Source: Parcubacteria group bacterium GW2011_GWA2_43_13 (lineage in GTDB: Bacteria > Patescibacteriota > Patescibacteriia > UBA9629 > GWA2-43-13). Taken from it: 64,000 nt of DNA. A model generated the notes under the pieces. It saw nothing but the letters and a program-made list of their open reading frames with translations. It searched no databases and was not told where the DNA came from. Location of the stretch: contig LCFM01000005.1 of assembly GCA_000999025.1 (NCBI GenBank), forward strand, positions 71,087-135,086. Direction: 5' to 3'. Shown piece after piece: positions 21,453 through 30,187 of the stretch. The translations under genes and the position numbers were made by a program. Position 1 is the stretch's first letter. Each line of letters opens with the position of its first letter.

Positions 21453-22695
21453 ATGAGACGTTTCTCATATCTCGGATTGGCGCTCGTATTCGTCGTCGGG
21501 CTGGCCGGGTGCTGGCCCGACTCTGACATTGACAACACCGAAGTGCCGACCGGTCCGCTCACGCTCAAGGTAGACACCAAGAGCGTTGAGCAGATTGCGT
21601 CGCTCATGCAGAGTGGTGCGCTTGCGGCACCGCCTGCGCGGCCTACGAAAGTCAAGGCGACAACGCGTTGGTTTGACAACGCGAATGTTCGCCAATCGGC
21701 ACAATCAGAGGCGAGCATCGGCGAGCTGATTACAGTCGCTCGCCCCCTCGACCGTTCCTATATCGTCAATGTCGCCGACATGGACAACCGGTCACTGACC
21801 GGGATTGTTCGTATGGCGACTCGGGATGGGCTTCCGAAAGCCGTAATCCCGCAACGCGCTTTTCTTCCGATGATGGAAGGGTTGGTGGTCGCAGAGAAGG
21901 TGGACGGTTCGTTCGACTTCCCTACGGCGCCGATCCAACCAGTCGTTGGTACTGGCGTTGACGGGAAAATCTTCATCCTCGAGTTCGAGGTTGAGGTTCC
22001 TGTCGCGACGGTTACCGCCGGCGGAAACGCGGACACGTTGGTCGCGAGCGCGACCGTGTCCCACGCTCTCGGCGATTCTAGATGCGAAAATTCGGGTTCG
22101 GGTACTCGGCACACGCGACGACGCTGGCGTGATCACGGTGGCCACAGGGGAGTGGGTTACTCTCCCCAAAGTGGACGCTACGATCACTGTGTCTATGGCG
22201 TGGGCGAATGGGGTGATCGTCCCTACGCCTGTAACTCCTGTTTCCGGATTCCGCTGGGAGCTGATCCAAGGCGCCCTCGATCTGCTTTACGCGGCAGATG
22301 GGGGCGGAGGAACTCCCAATCCTCCTACTGGAGGTGCCACTATCGAGGACATCGGCGGAAAATGGCAGATTGCAGGGATCACTGGGGCCGGCAATCTGGG
22401 CAAGAACGTCGCGATGTCCGAGGTTTTGCAGGTTGAGGTGATGTGGAAGGCGGATCCGACCGCTAACCCAACCCTCATCCCTGCGACATTCGCAGTCGGA
22501 GTTGACGGGAAACTGTCAGCGACGACTGCCGATATCGTCCCGCGAGGAGGGGTCGGGAACTTTCGATTCTACCTCAAAGACGGATCGCAAGCGTGGTTGA
22601 ACCGGGATTCGGTAACGAAGATCGGTGCGATACGTTTCGCGAATGTCGGTGGGGTGGAAGGGTTCGCAACCCCCTTGACTAACTCTCACGAATGA
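21453..22695 (+). pseudogene. Lipoprotein (lipobox VGLAGC) disrupted by a +1 frameshift near 22075-22081 (high-GC island gene 2)
   Basis: Frame 0 reads ...ATVSHALGDS and then an Arg-rich nonsense tail. The protein-like continuation ...DAKIRVRVLGTRDDAGVITV... is in the +1 frame and runs to 22695. Confidence 0.6.
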
Positions 22696-23408
22696 AAGGG
22701 TGTGTCGTGAAAGTAAGGATTCTCGCGCTCATGTTCACGTTCGTCGTCGGGCTGGCCGGATGTTGGCCCGGAGCGGACACGCCGTCCGCCCCGCCGATTG
22801 ACGACGGCGGATCCGGCGGGGACAACAGCGACGGATCCGGTGGGGGAGGTGGCGTCATCGTTGGAGACAACGACGCCGCTGAGCTTGCCGGATTCGAAAA
22901 AACTTTCGGGACAGAAACCACGTCGGTGTTCGTGTCGTCATCCGACGGCATGGACACCAGGAGCTATGGCCAATGGCGGAAGGATTCCGCATTTGGTGCC
23001 CCCGCGGCATCTCGGGCTGAGATCGAATCCGTCATCGCGGCCGGTGTCTCTGTCGGGCTCCGGATTGCCGGACCCGACGGCAAGCAGACCGCGACGACCC
23101 CGGCAGGGATCGTTTCATGGTTCCCTGGTGACCGGATGGTCGTCAAGACCTCCGGAATCACCGGCGAGCCCATCGAGACGAAGTATTTGCGCGGGGGGCT
23201 CGAGATTGACCCCGCCACCCGAGTTGGGGAAGGAGCAAACTTTGTCGTCTACCAAAAGGGTAGCGGCCAAGTGCTGTACTGGCTCCTCCTCCACGGCGAT
23301 CCGGATAAACCGGTGCCGTACTTCCGCATCTTCGGCGCGGCGGATTGGATGATCTCCAACCGCAGTGTCGCGGGCAAGCTGGAGTACGGATTCTTTAAGC
23401 GAGAATGA
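22692..23408 (+). CDS. Lipoprotein, paralog of the previous gene (same FVVGLAGCWP signal/lipobox; Gly/Ser/Asp-rich linker) (high-GC island gene 3)
   Basis: The signal-peptide region is nearly identical to the upstream gene, and the GC is high. Confidence 0.6.
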   Translation: MKGCVVKVRILALMFTFVVGLAGCWPGADTPSAPPIDDGGSGGDNSDGSGGGGGVIVGDNDAAELAGFEKTFGTETTSVFVSSSDGMDTRSYGQWRKDSAFGAPAASRAEIESVIAAGVSVGLRIAGPDGKQTATTPAGIVSWFPGDRMVVKTSGITGEPIETKYLRGGLEIDPATRVGEGANFVVYQKGSGQVLYWLLLHGDPDKPVPYFRIFGAADWMISNRSVAGKLEYGFFKRE

Positions 23409-23429
23409 CGCAACGTCATCTCTCACATC

Positions 23430-23490
23430 AACCCGTTCAACTGTGTGCTGAAAACGTTCAGTATTACAGTTGACGGGTTTATTTTTTTAT
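23430..23490 (+). terminator. Terminator after the island (AACCCGTTCAACTGT ... ACAGTTGACGGGTT followed by TTTATTTTTTT), with a nested CTGAA-AACG-TTCAG hairpin
   Basis: The stem-loop plus T-run is read directly. Confidence 0.65.
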
Positions 23491-23561
23491 TGTATAATAT
23501 TTTGTTTTACATGGCCTCCTCAATCCTTCCTTTCGAGAGGATGTAGGGGGTGTAGAGACGT

Positions 23562-23607
23562 GGCGGTGCCACGTCTTGTCGGAGACGTCCCATCGGGACG
23601 TCTCTAC
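23562..23607. repeat. Family A element (GTAGAGACGTGGCGGTGCCACGTCTTGTCGGAGACGTCCCATCGGGACGTCTCTAC), preceded by a family B fragment (23525-23561)
   Basis: The sequence is read directly; it marks the right edge of the island, upstream of the ligase-like gene. Confidence 0.85.
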
Positions 23608-23616
23608 ATACAAAAT

Positions 23617-25206
23617 ATGTCTTCATTTTTTAAAATATATTGGCAGTGGATTGCTATAGGGTTGGTCGCGTCTGGAGGAGTTGTATTGATAGGAGGGAAA
23701 ACAGCTCTTATTGTTTTTGTGTTGGTTGTTATTTCCGCCACACTGTTTATCAAACCAATGTGGCTGATGTATCTATTAGTGCCGTCGCTGTTTTTAGAAG
23801 CAGAGCAGTTTTCAATTTATTTTGGCAACTGGCGTGGGCGCGGGTATCATTTTTTGATTGGAGTGTTGGTTGTGAGGATGGTTTGGGAATTTATAAGCAA
23901 GAGAATAACACCTTCCGCCCCTTCGGGGCACCTTCCTCAAGGAAGGAGCCGTCGAATCCCCTCTCGAGAGGGGGTAGGGGGTGTGTCTGGGTTGGACAAG
24001 GCGTTGATTGCGTTTTTGTCAGTGCAGGCGGTTGCGATTTTGGTTTCGCCTGATAAAATGTTCAGCATAAAAATTTGGGTATTGCAGGTGTTACTTACCC
24101 TGCTGTTTTGGTGTGTTCGATATTTTGTCAAAACATCCACAGAATGGAAACGTTTGCTGAATATCTTTTTAATATCAAGCGTTGTTGAGGCGTTAATCGG
24201 GTTTTGGCAAGTGTTTGCGTTTTATCTTCAAAAAACAACTGGCATAGTTGTGCGCTGGGGAGAGGTGTTTCACGCGCAGATTTTGCAATTTGGTAGGCCG
24301 TACGGCACATTTGTTGAAGCGGACTGGTATGGCGCGTTTATGGCAATTCCATTGATGATGAGTGTTGTTTTGATGGCAGGCGCGCAGTCGAAAAAAACGC
24401 GTGCAGTGTATGGGGTATTAGGTATGGTTTTTGGTATTGCAGTAATCATCTCCGGTGTGCGTGCTGCATGGATCGCGGTGATTGTTGCGAGTGTAGTTGG
24501 TGTGTTTGTGTTGCGGGGCACGAATGGGGCACGAACCCGCCGAATCGGTGGGCGAATACCTCACCCCCCCCCTCTCCTTGTAAAGGAGAGGGGGACGACG
24601 ACACCTCCCTCCCTCCCTCCTCAAGGAGGGAAGATGTCGCATGTATTATACGGAGAGTATAAGCATTTGGTGGGGTTAGGCAGTGTGTGCGCTTTGGTTA
24701 TTGTGGTTCTACTCGCAATAGCATCGCCTACATGGGTTGGGCAGATCGGCGAACGATTTATTAGTATATTTAACCCTTCTACATGGGCGCATGAGCCGCG
24801 GGTCGCGACAACTCAAAAGGCGTTTGAATTGATTGCGCAATCGCCGATTATTGGTCATGGTCCGGGTAGTTATAAAATTTTAGGGATTGTGCCTGATGTT
24901 GATTCATCGCAGTATGATTATTATGGCGTTTATCCGTATTTGACGAATTATTTTTTAACGGTGTTGCATGATTCAGGTATTATCGGTTTTGCTGTGTTTT
25001 TGTGGTTGTTGTGGGAAGGGGTGAAGTTTAGGGCAAGATCTTATAAAGGAGAGGGGGCGGCGGTTGTGATGGGGGTGGTGGTGCTGATGATTGCATATTT
25101 GATTACAACCGGGTTTTGGTTGGGAATGACATGGTTTTTGTTTGCTTTATTATGCACAAATAGCTCACGAACCCGCCGAATCGGCGGGCGAATGGCTCAC
25201 GAATGA
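23617..25206 (+). CDS. O-antigen ligase/polymerase-like (Wzy_C-type) polytopic membrane protein with three in-frame repeat insertions
   Basis: It has multiple transmembrane segments. The repeats are translated in-frame as ...PSAPSGHLPQGRSRRIPSREGVGGVSG..., ...RGTNGARTRRIGGRIPHPPPLLVKERGTTTPPSLPPQGGK... and a C-terminal ...SRTRRIGGRMAHE. Confidence 0.6.
   Translation: MSSFFKIYWQWIAIGLVASGGVVLIGGKTALIVFVLVVISATLFIKPMWLMYLLVPSLFLEAEQFSIYFGNWRGRGYHFLIGVLVVRMVWEFISKRITPSAPSGHLPQGRSRRIPSREGVGGVSGLDKALIAFLSVQAVAILVSPDKMFSIKIWVLQVLLTLLFWCVRYFVKTSTEWKRLLNIFLISSVVEALIGFWQVFAFYLQKTTGIVVRWGEVFHAQILQFGRPYGTFVEADWYGAFMAIPLMMSVVLMAGAQSKKTRAVYGVLGMVFGIAVIISGVRAAWIAVIVASVVGVFVLRGTNGARTRRIGGRIPHPPPLLVKERGTTTPPSLPPQGGKMSHVLYGEYKHLVGLGSVCALVIVVLLAIASPTWVGQIGERFISIFNPSTWAHEPRVATTQKAFELIAQSPIIGHGPGSYKILGIVPDVDSSQYDYYGVYPYLTNYFLTVLHDSGIIGFAVFLWLLWEGVKFRARSYKGEGAAVVMGVVVLMIAYLITTGFWLGMTWFLFALLCTNSSRTRRIGGRMAHE
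23908..23984. repeat. Family B composite element (ACACCTTCC...CCTTCCTCAAGGAAGG...CCCCTCTCGAGAGGGGG...GGGGGTGTG), in-frame in the ligase-like gene
   Basis: Sequence read directly. Confidence 0.85.
24524..24640. repeat. Compound insertion: family C (CACGAACCCGCCGAATCGGTGGGCGAAT) plus family B (CCTCTCCTTGTAAAGGAGAGG; CCCTCCTCAAGGAGGG), in-frame
   Basis: The sequence is read directly; a second family C copy lies at 25163-25202. Confidence 0.85.
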
Positions 25207-25214
25207 GATGACAT

Positions 25215-26549
25215 ATGAAGATTTTACAAATAGATAAATTTTATTATCCAAAATACGGCACTGGAAAACATGTGTTTACTTTGACGCGGGAATTAGAAAA
25301 ACAGGGCCATACGGTGATTCCTTTTAGCATGGAGGATGAAAAAAACGAACCAACGCCGTGGTCAACGTATTTTGTAAGCAATGTTGATGTTTCAAAAATA
25401 TCGTTTTCCTGGAAAGGAATAAAAATCGCGTTTCGTATGATCTATTCATTTGGGGCGCGAAGGAAAATTCGGGAATTGATAGAAAAGGAAAAACCAGACA
25501 TCGCGCATATCCATTTAATTCATCACCATATCTCTCCATCCATTTTATATGAATTAAAAAAACAAGGCATTCCGATTGTGCAAACAGTGCATGATTATAA
25601 ATTGATTCATCCGAATTATTTTATGTGGTGCAATAACGCGCCATGTGAAAAAGTTCGTAAACATCGGTGGAATAAATTGATTTTTCATCGTTGTATGAAG
25701 CATTCGTTGGTCGGGTCAATCTGGCTTGGGATTGAGACCACGATCCATGCTCTTATAGGTGCGTATAAAAAGAGCATTGATGTGTGGATTGCGCCGAGTG
25801 AATTTGTCAAGCGGATGTTGGTGGAGGGTGGGTATCCGGAGGAGAAGATTGTGGTGTTGCCGCATGCCTTGGATATGCACGAATTACTCACGAATGATTA
25901 CGAATTGCGTACAAATAACACCTCCCTTCGTCCCTCCTCAAGGAGGGAGCCCAGTGTTCCCCCTCTCAGAGAGGGGGGAGGGGGTGTGTCAGGGGTGGAT
26001 GGGTATTTGTTGTTTTTTGGACGTTTGTCTCCAGAAAGGGGGGTTGATCGGTTGTTGGATGCTTTGAAAGAAATGCCAGATATGCCGTTGATTATTGCGG
26101 GCGATGGCGAAATGGGAGCGCAACTTAAAGACCAAGTAAAAAAGAATGGACTGCGGAATGTTGAATTTGTTGGATATAAAAGCGGGCAAGAATTAAAACA
26201 GTTGATTCATAATGCACGGGCTGTGGTGGTGCCAACTCTTTCACACGAAATTTTTGGTATGTCCGCATTGGAGGCAATGGCATTAGGCAAGCCGATTATC
26301 GCATCACATAGAGGGGCATTGCCTGAATTAGTTGAGAATGGTAAAAATGGCTGGCTGATTGATCCTGAAAACAAAGATGAATTTCGTATGGCGCTTAAAG
26401 AATGTATGAGTCGTGATGATCTTATTGAACAGTTTGGCAGGGCATCTCAACAGAAAGTAAAAGAGTTGACAATTAATAAATATTGTGCCAAAATAGTCGG
26501 TTGTTATTCAGAGTTAATTACAGCAAAATATGGCAGAGAATCATCATAA
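25215..26549 (+). CDS. Family 4 glycosyltransferase with an in-frame repeat insertion
   Basis: The protein has the GT4 fold (EX7E-type C-terminal region GMSALEAMALGKPIIAS). The repeat at 25920-25988 is translated as ...TSLRPSSRREPSVPPLREGGGGVSG... Confidence 0.8.
   Translation: MKILQIDKFYYPKYGTGKHVFTLTRELEKQGHTVIPFSMEDEKNEPTPWSTYFVSNVDVSKISFSWKGIKIAFRMIYSFGARRKIRELIEKEKPDIAHIHLIHHHISPSILYELKKQGIPIVQTVHDYKLIHPNYFMWCNNAPCEKVRKHRWNKLIFHRCMKHSLVGSIWLGIETTIHALIGAYKKSIDVWIAPSEFVKRMLVEGGYPEEKIVVLPHALDMHELLTNDYELRTNNTSLRPSSRREPSVPPLREGGGGVSGVDGYLLFFGRLSPERGVDRLLDALKEMPDMPLIIAGDGEMGAQLKDQVKKNGLRNVEFVGYKSGQELKQLIHNARAVVVPTLSHEIFGMSALEAMALGKPIIASHRGALPELVENGKNGWLIDPENKDEFRMALKECMSRDDLIEQFGRASQQKVKELTINKYCAKIVGCYSELITAKYGRESS
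25920..25988. repeat. Family B composite element (ACACCTCCC...CCCTCCTCAAGGAGGG...CCCCTCTCAGAGAGGGG...GGGGGTGTG)
   Basis: Sequence read directly. Confidence 0.9.
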
Positions 26550-27717
26550 AAAACGTAAAATTCGTATTGCAATTATGGGCCATCGGGGCATTCCATGCCG
26601 GTATGGCGGTTTTGAGACGTTTGCGGAACAAGCGGCTGTTCGGTTTGTCCGCATGGGGTATGATGTTCGGGTGTATAACCGTTCCCATAATGGCGATTAT
26701 CGTCGGACTTCATATAAAGGCGCAAAAATGATTTATTTGCCAACAGTGAAGAATAAATATTTTGACACATGGATACACTCTTTGTTGTCTGTATTGCATG
26801 CGTTGGTATTTCGCGTAGATGTTATTTTAATGGTGAACGTGGGGAATGCGCCGTTTACCGTGATCCCTCGAATGTTTGGCACGCCGGTTGTGCTGAATGT
26901 TGACGGATTGGAGTGGCAAAGGCGTAAATGGGGGCGGTTGGCGCGGTGGTATTTTTTATTGTGCGAAAAAATGGCTTTGGTTTTCCCTAATACAATTGTG
27001 ACTGATGCACAGGCCATTCGGGATTATTACAAAGAACGGTATGGAAAAGAATCAGTCATGATCCCGTATGGCGCTGAAGTGAGACGAAAGAACAACGCGA
27101 AAGTTTTGAAAAAATATGGATTAATTGCTGGAAAGTATTTTTTGTATGTCAGTCGTTTTGAACCAGAAAATAACGCGCTTGAGGTGCGTGAGGCGTTTGA
27201 AGACGTTTATACTCACATGCCTTTGGTTATGGTTGGAGATGCTCCGTATGCGCAAGAATATGTAAAAAGCGTTCGAGATACAAATGACGAACGTATCCAT
27301 TTTACTGGATTTGTATTTGGTAATGATTATAAAGTGTTACAGCAAAATGCGTATGCGTTTATTCAGGCAACTGAAGTCGGAGGAACTCATCCGGCATTAA
27401 TAGAAGCGATGGGGTATGGAAATTGCGTGCTGGTGCTGAATACGCCGTCAAACAGCGAAGTCGCAGGGGACTCGTGCATATTATTTGAGCAGGAAGAAGG
27501 GGATACGCAGGATTTGGTTCGCAAGCTCCAATGGGTGAGCGATAACCCTGATATTGTGAATCGGTATCGCAAAAAAGCGCAAGAGCGAATTCGCGAAGTG
27601 TACAGTTGGGATGCTGTGATTATTCAATACAGTGAATTGTTTCTTTCGTTATTGAGTAAAAAGATGATAAATCGGATACGAGCAACTGTATCCGGGGTCG
27701 CGCATAAATCGTTTTGA
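26530..27717 (+). CDS. Family 4 glycosyltransferase (second copy, DUF1972-like N-terminus)
   Basis: It has the GT4 architecture and overlaps the previous gene by 20 nt. Confidence 0.75.
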   Translation: MAENHHKKRKIRIAIMGHRGIPCRYGGFETFAEQAAVRFVRMGYDVRVYNRSHNGDYRRTSYKGAKMIYLPTVKNKYFDTWIHSLLSVLHALVFRVDVILMVNVGNAPFTVIPRMFGTPVVLNVDGLEWQRRKWGRLARWYFLLCEKMALVFPNTIVTDAQAIRDYYKERYGKESVMIPYGAEVRRKNNAKVLKKYGLIAGKYFLYVSRFEPENNALEVREAFEDVYTHMPLVMVGDAPYAQEYVKSVRDTNDERIHFTGFVFGNDYKVLQQNAYAFIQATEVGGTHPALIEAMGYGNCVLVLNTPSNSEVAGDSCILFEQEEGDTQDLVRKLQWVSDNPDIVNRYRKKAQERIREVYSWDAVIIQYSELFLSLLSKKMINRIRATVSGVAHKSF

Positions 27718-27725
27718 TAGCGGTT

Positions 27726-27755
27726 ATAGAGAGACGCCCCAGGGGGGCGTCTCTA
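27726..27755. repeat. Family A element (TAGAGAGACGCCCCAGGGGGGCGTCTCTAC) between convergent GT4 and folD
   Basis: The sequence is read directly and may act as a bidirectional terminator. Confidence 0.85.
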
Positions 27756-28658
27756 CGGTTTTGTGATATTGAGACAATTATTCATAGTATTTTTAAGGAG
27801 AAGTGCTACTGTAACCGGACCGACACCGCCAGGTACTGGAGTGATCGCTCCTGCGTGCTTTTTTAGTGATTCAATATCAGCATCTCCTTTAATTGCCGTA
27901 GTTCCGTTATGTTCAATTCTACTAATGCCAACATCAATAATAATGGCATCTTTTTTTGTATATTCTTTTGTGAGAATATGAGGTTTTCCAAGAGCGATGA
28001 TAAGAATATCGTACTGCACACATTTTTTATTCAGCTCTGTAAAATGGTCTGCTTTAATGTTTTGGCGCGAGAGGAGGGTGGCAAGGGGAATAAACAGAAT
28101 ATCTGATTTGCACATAATTGCGGCGGATAACGGCACATCCTTACGCCTCTGGAGAGGGGATACGTCTCCCTTTCCTTTATAAGGAGAGTCCGCGAGCTGG
28201 CGGAGGGGTGAGGTGTTAAGCACATTTTGTAAACATTCCACCACACTCATCACGGTAACTGGTTGCGGGAAGGAAGGGTCTCCTAAGTGTTTGATATTTT
28301 CCGGATGAAATCCGTCTGCATCTTTATCCGGACGAATGCGTTGAATAAGTGTATCAGGATTAAGATGCCCTGGAAGTGGGAGTTGAACAATAATGCCGTG
28401 AATATCAGAGTCATTATTGAGAAAATCAATGCATTCTATGATATCATCTTGGCTATCAGTTGCTTTGAATCGGTACAGATGCGGGGTAATGCCTGCTTTA
28501 TCTGCTGTGTGAATTTTTCTTTTTACATATATCTCTGATGAGGGATCATTGCCAATCAAAATAATCGCAAGTCCGGGAGTCACATTGCGTTCGACAATAG
28601 TGCGCCTGATATCGTGCAAAATATCAGACGCGATTTTTTTACCGTTGATGATGTACAT
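27753..28658 (-). CDS. folD: Bifunctional methylene-THF dehydrogenase/cyclohydrolase with an in-frame repeat insertion
   Basis: It has the FolD N-terminus (ASDILHDIRRTI...GLAIILIGNDPSSEIYVKRK). The repeat at 28148-28218 is translated as ...[26 protein letters not shown]... Confidence 0.9.
   Translation of the reverse strand: MYIINGKKIASDILHDIRRTIVERNVTPGLAIILIGNDPSSEIYVKRKIHTADKAGITPHLYRFKATDSQDDIIECIDFLNNDSDIHGIIVQLPLPGHLNPDTLIQRIRPDKDADGFHPENIKHLGDPSFPQPVTVMSVVECLQNVLNTSPLRQLADSPYKGKGDVSPLQRRKDVPLSAAIMCKSDILFIPLATLLSRQNIKADHFTELNKKCVQYDILIIALGKPHILTKEYTKKDAIIIDVGISRIEHNGTTAIKGDADIESLKKHAGAITPVPGGVGPVTVALLLKNTMNNCLNITKP
28148..28218. repeat. Family B/D hybrid element (CTCCCTTTCCTTTATAAGGAGAG + TCCGCGAGCTGGCGGA)
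   Basis: Sequence read directly. Confidence 0.8.
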
Positions 28659-28768
28659 AAAATGTAAAAATCAAAAAGTAAAAAGCAACATAACAATGCA
28701 AAATGTGAAAATACAAAGTATGCGTACTCTATTTACATTTTGATTTTTACACTTTCATTTCTGATTTT

Positions 28769-30058
28769 TTACAGTTCCTGATAGATTGGAAACCCTTGTG
28801 TGAGTTCTACTACTTTTGTTTTTATTTTCTCCTTCAAAGATGTGTTATGAATATCATGGAGAACGCCTGCAATGAGATTTGCGATAATTTCCATCTCTTC
28901 CTCTTTCATGCCTTGGGATGTGAGCGCTGGGGTGCCAAGACGGATGCCTGACGGATTAAATGGTTTTCTCGTATCAAATGGGATCATATTAAAGTTGGTG
29001 TAGATGCCACATTCAGCGAGCGCGTTTGCGCCGTCTTTCCCACCAATGCCGAGTGATGTACAGTCAATGAGCATGAGATGATTATCTGTCCCGCCGGACA
29101 CAAGCCGCAACCCTTGATGCATAAGTGTTTGTGCGAGCGTTTGAGCATTTTTAACAATCTGATGTTGGTATTCTTGAAATTCCGGTTTTTCTGCTTCGGC
29201 AAATGCCACTGCTTTTGCCGCGATGATATGTTCCAATGGGCCGCCTTGTAAGCCAGGAAACACAGTTGCATCAATAAGTTGAGCAAGAGTTTTTTCACTA
29301 TCAGGGTGGTAGTGTGTTTTTAAGCGATCTTCGATTCTTGATAGAATAATTGCGCTTCGCGGACCTCGAAGTGTTTTGGTGGTTGTTGTCATGACAATAT
29401 CATGAGATGAGACAGGATTGGGGTGATCGCCTGCAAGGCAGAGTCCGACAATATGCGAAATATCAGCCATGGCATACGCATTAATTTCCTTGGCAATATT
29501 TGCGAATGTTTCAAAATCAATGATACGCGGATAAGCAGTTGCGCCTGATAAAATCATTTTAGGTTTTTCTTTCAATGCCAATTGTCGCACTTCATCCATA
29601 TCAATCCGCTCGTTTTCTTGGCTCACTCCATAAGAGATAAATCGGTATGTTTTCCCTGAAAAATTAACAGGATTGCCATGCGTAAGATGGCCGCCATGCG
29701 CAAGATTCATGCCCATAATAGTATCACCTGGCTCAAGCACTGCGCTGTAACATGCCATATTTGCTCCGGATCCGGAATGGGGCTGTACATTGACATGTTC
29801 GGCATTGAATAATTTTTTTGCTCGGTCTATGGCGAGTTGTTCAATTGCATCAATATATTCATTGCCAGTGTAGTATCGTTTGCCTGGGTACCCTTCGGCG
29901 TATTTATTCGTGAGTACTGTTCCTGTGGCTTCCAGCACTGCTTGTGATGCAAAGTTTTCTGAAGGAATCATAACCAGGCCCTCGCGCTGGCGTTTGAGTT
30001 CTTTGTCTAATAGAGTGGCAACTTCTGGATCCTGTTGTCTAATGTGAGGGTATAACAT
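28769..30058 (-). CDS. glyA: Serine hydroxymethyltransferase
   Basis: It has the SHMT N-terminus (DPEVATLLDKELKRQREGLVMIPSENF) and the PLP-lysine region. Confidence 0.95.
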   Translation of the reverse strand: MLYPHIRQQDPEVATLLDKELKRQREGLVMIPSENFASQAVLEATGTVLTNKYAEGYPGKRYYTGNEYIDAIEQLAIDRAKKLFNAEHVNVQPHSGSGANMACYSAVLEPGDTIMGMNLAHGGHLTHGNPVNFSGKTYRFISYGVSQENERIDMDEVRQLALKEKPKMILSGATAYPRIIDFETFANIAKEINAYAMADISHIVGLCLAGDHPNPVSSHDIVMTTTTKTLRGPRSAIILSRIEDRLKTHYHPDSEKTLAQLIDATVFPGLQGGPLEHIIAAKAVAFAEAEKPEFQEYQHQIVKNAQTLAQTLMHQGLRLVSGGTDNHLMLIDCTSLGIGGKDGANALAECGIYTNFNMIPFDTRKPFNPSGIRLGTPALTSQGMKEEEMEIIANLIAGVLHDIHNTSLKEKIKTKVVELTQGFPIYQEL

Positions 30059-30187
30059 AAAATTAAAGATGAAAAACAAAAAGTAAAAATGATGTATGTT
30101 GCCAAATGTCAAGTATCAAATTTCAGTTTTCAAATTATGGTACTTGGCGGAAATATTTGAAAACTGGCAACTGAAAATTGATATTTG

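Noticed and set aside
22798-23352. 184-aa Arg/Ser/Pro-rich ORF and other alternative-frame ORFs in the high-GC island (22078-22269, 22287-22478, 22964-23426)
   Set aside because: High GC suppresses stop codons in off-frames. The translations are compositionally biased nonsense overlapping the lipoprotein genes.
23470-23616. N-terminal extension of the O-antigen-ligase-like ORF (start at 23470)
   Set aside because: The extension is entirely made of repeat elements (family B fragment plus family A). The start was moved to the ATG at 23617, which begins the first transmembrane segment.
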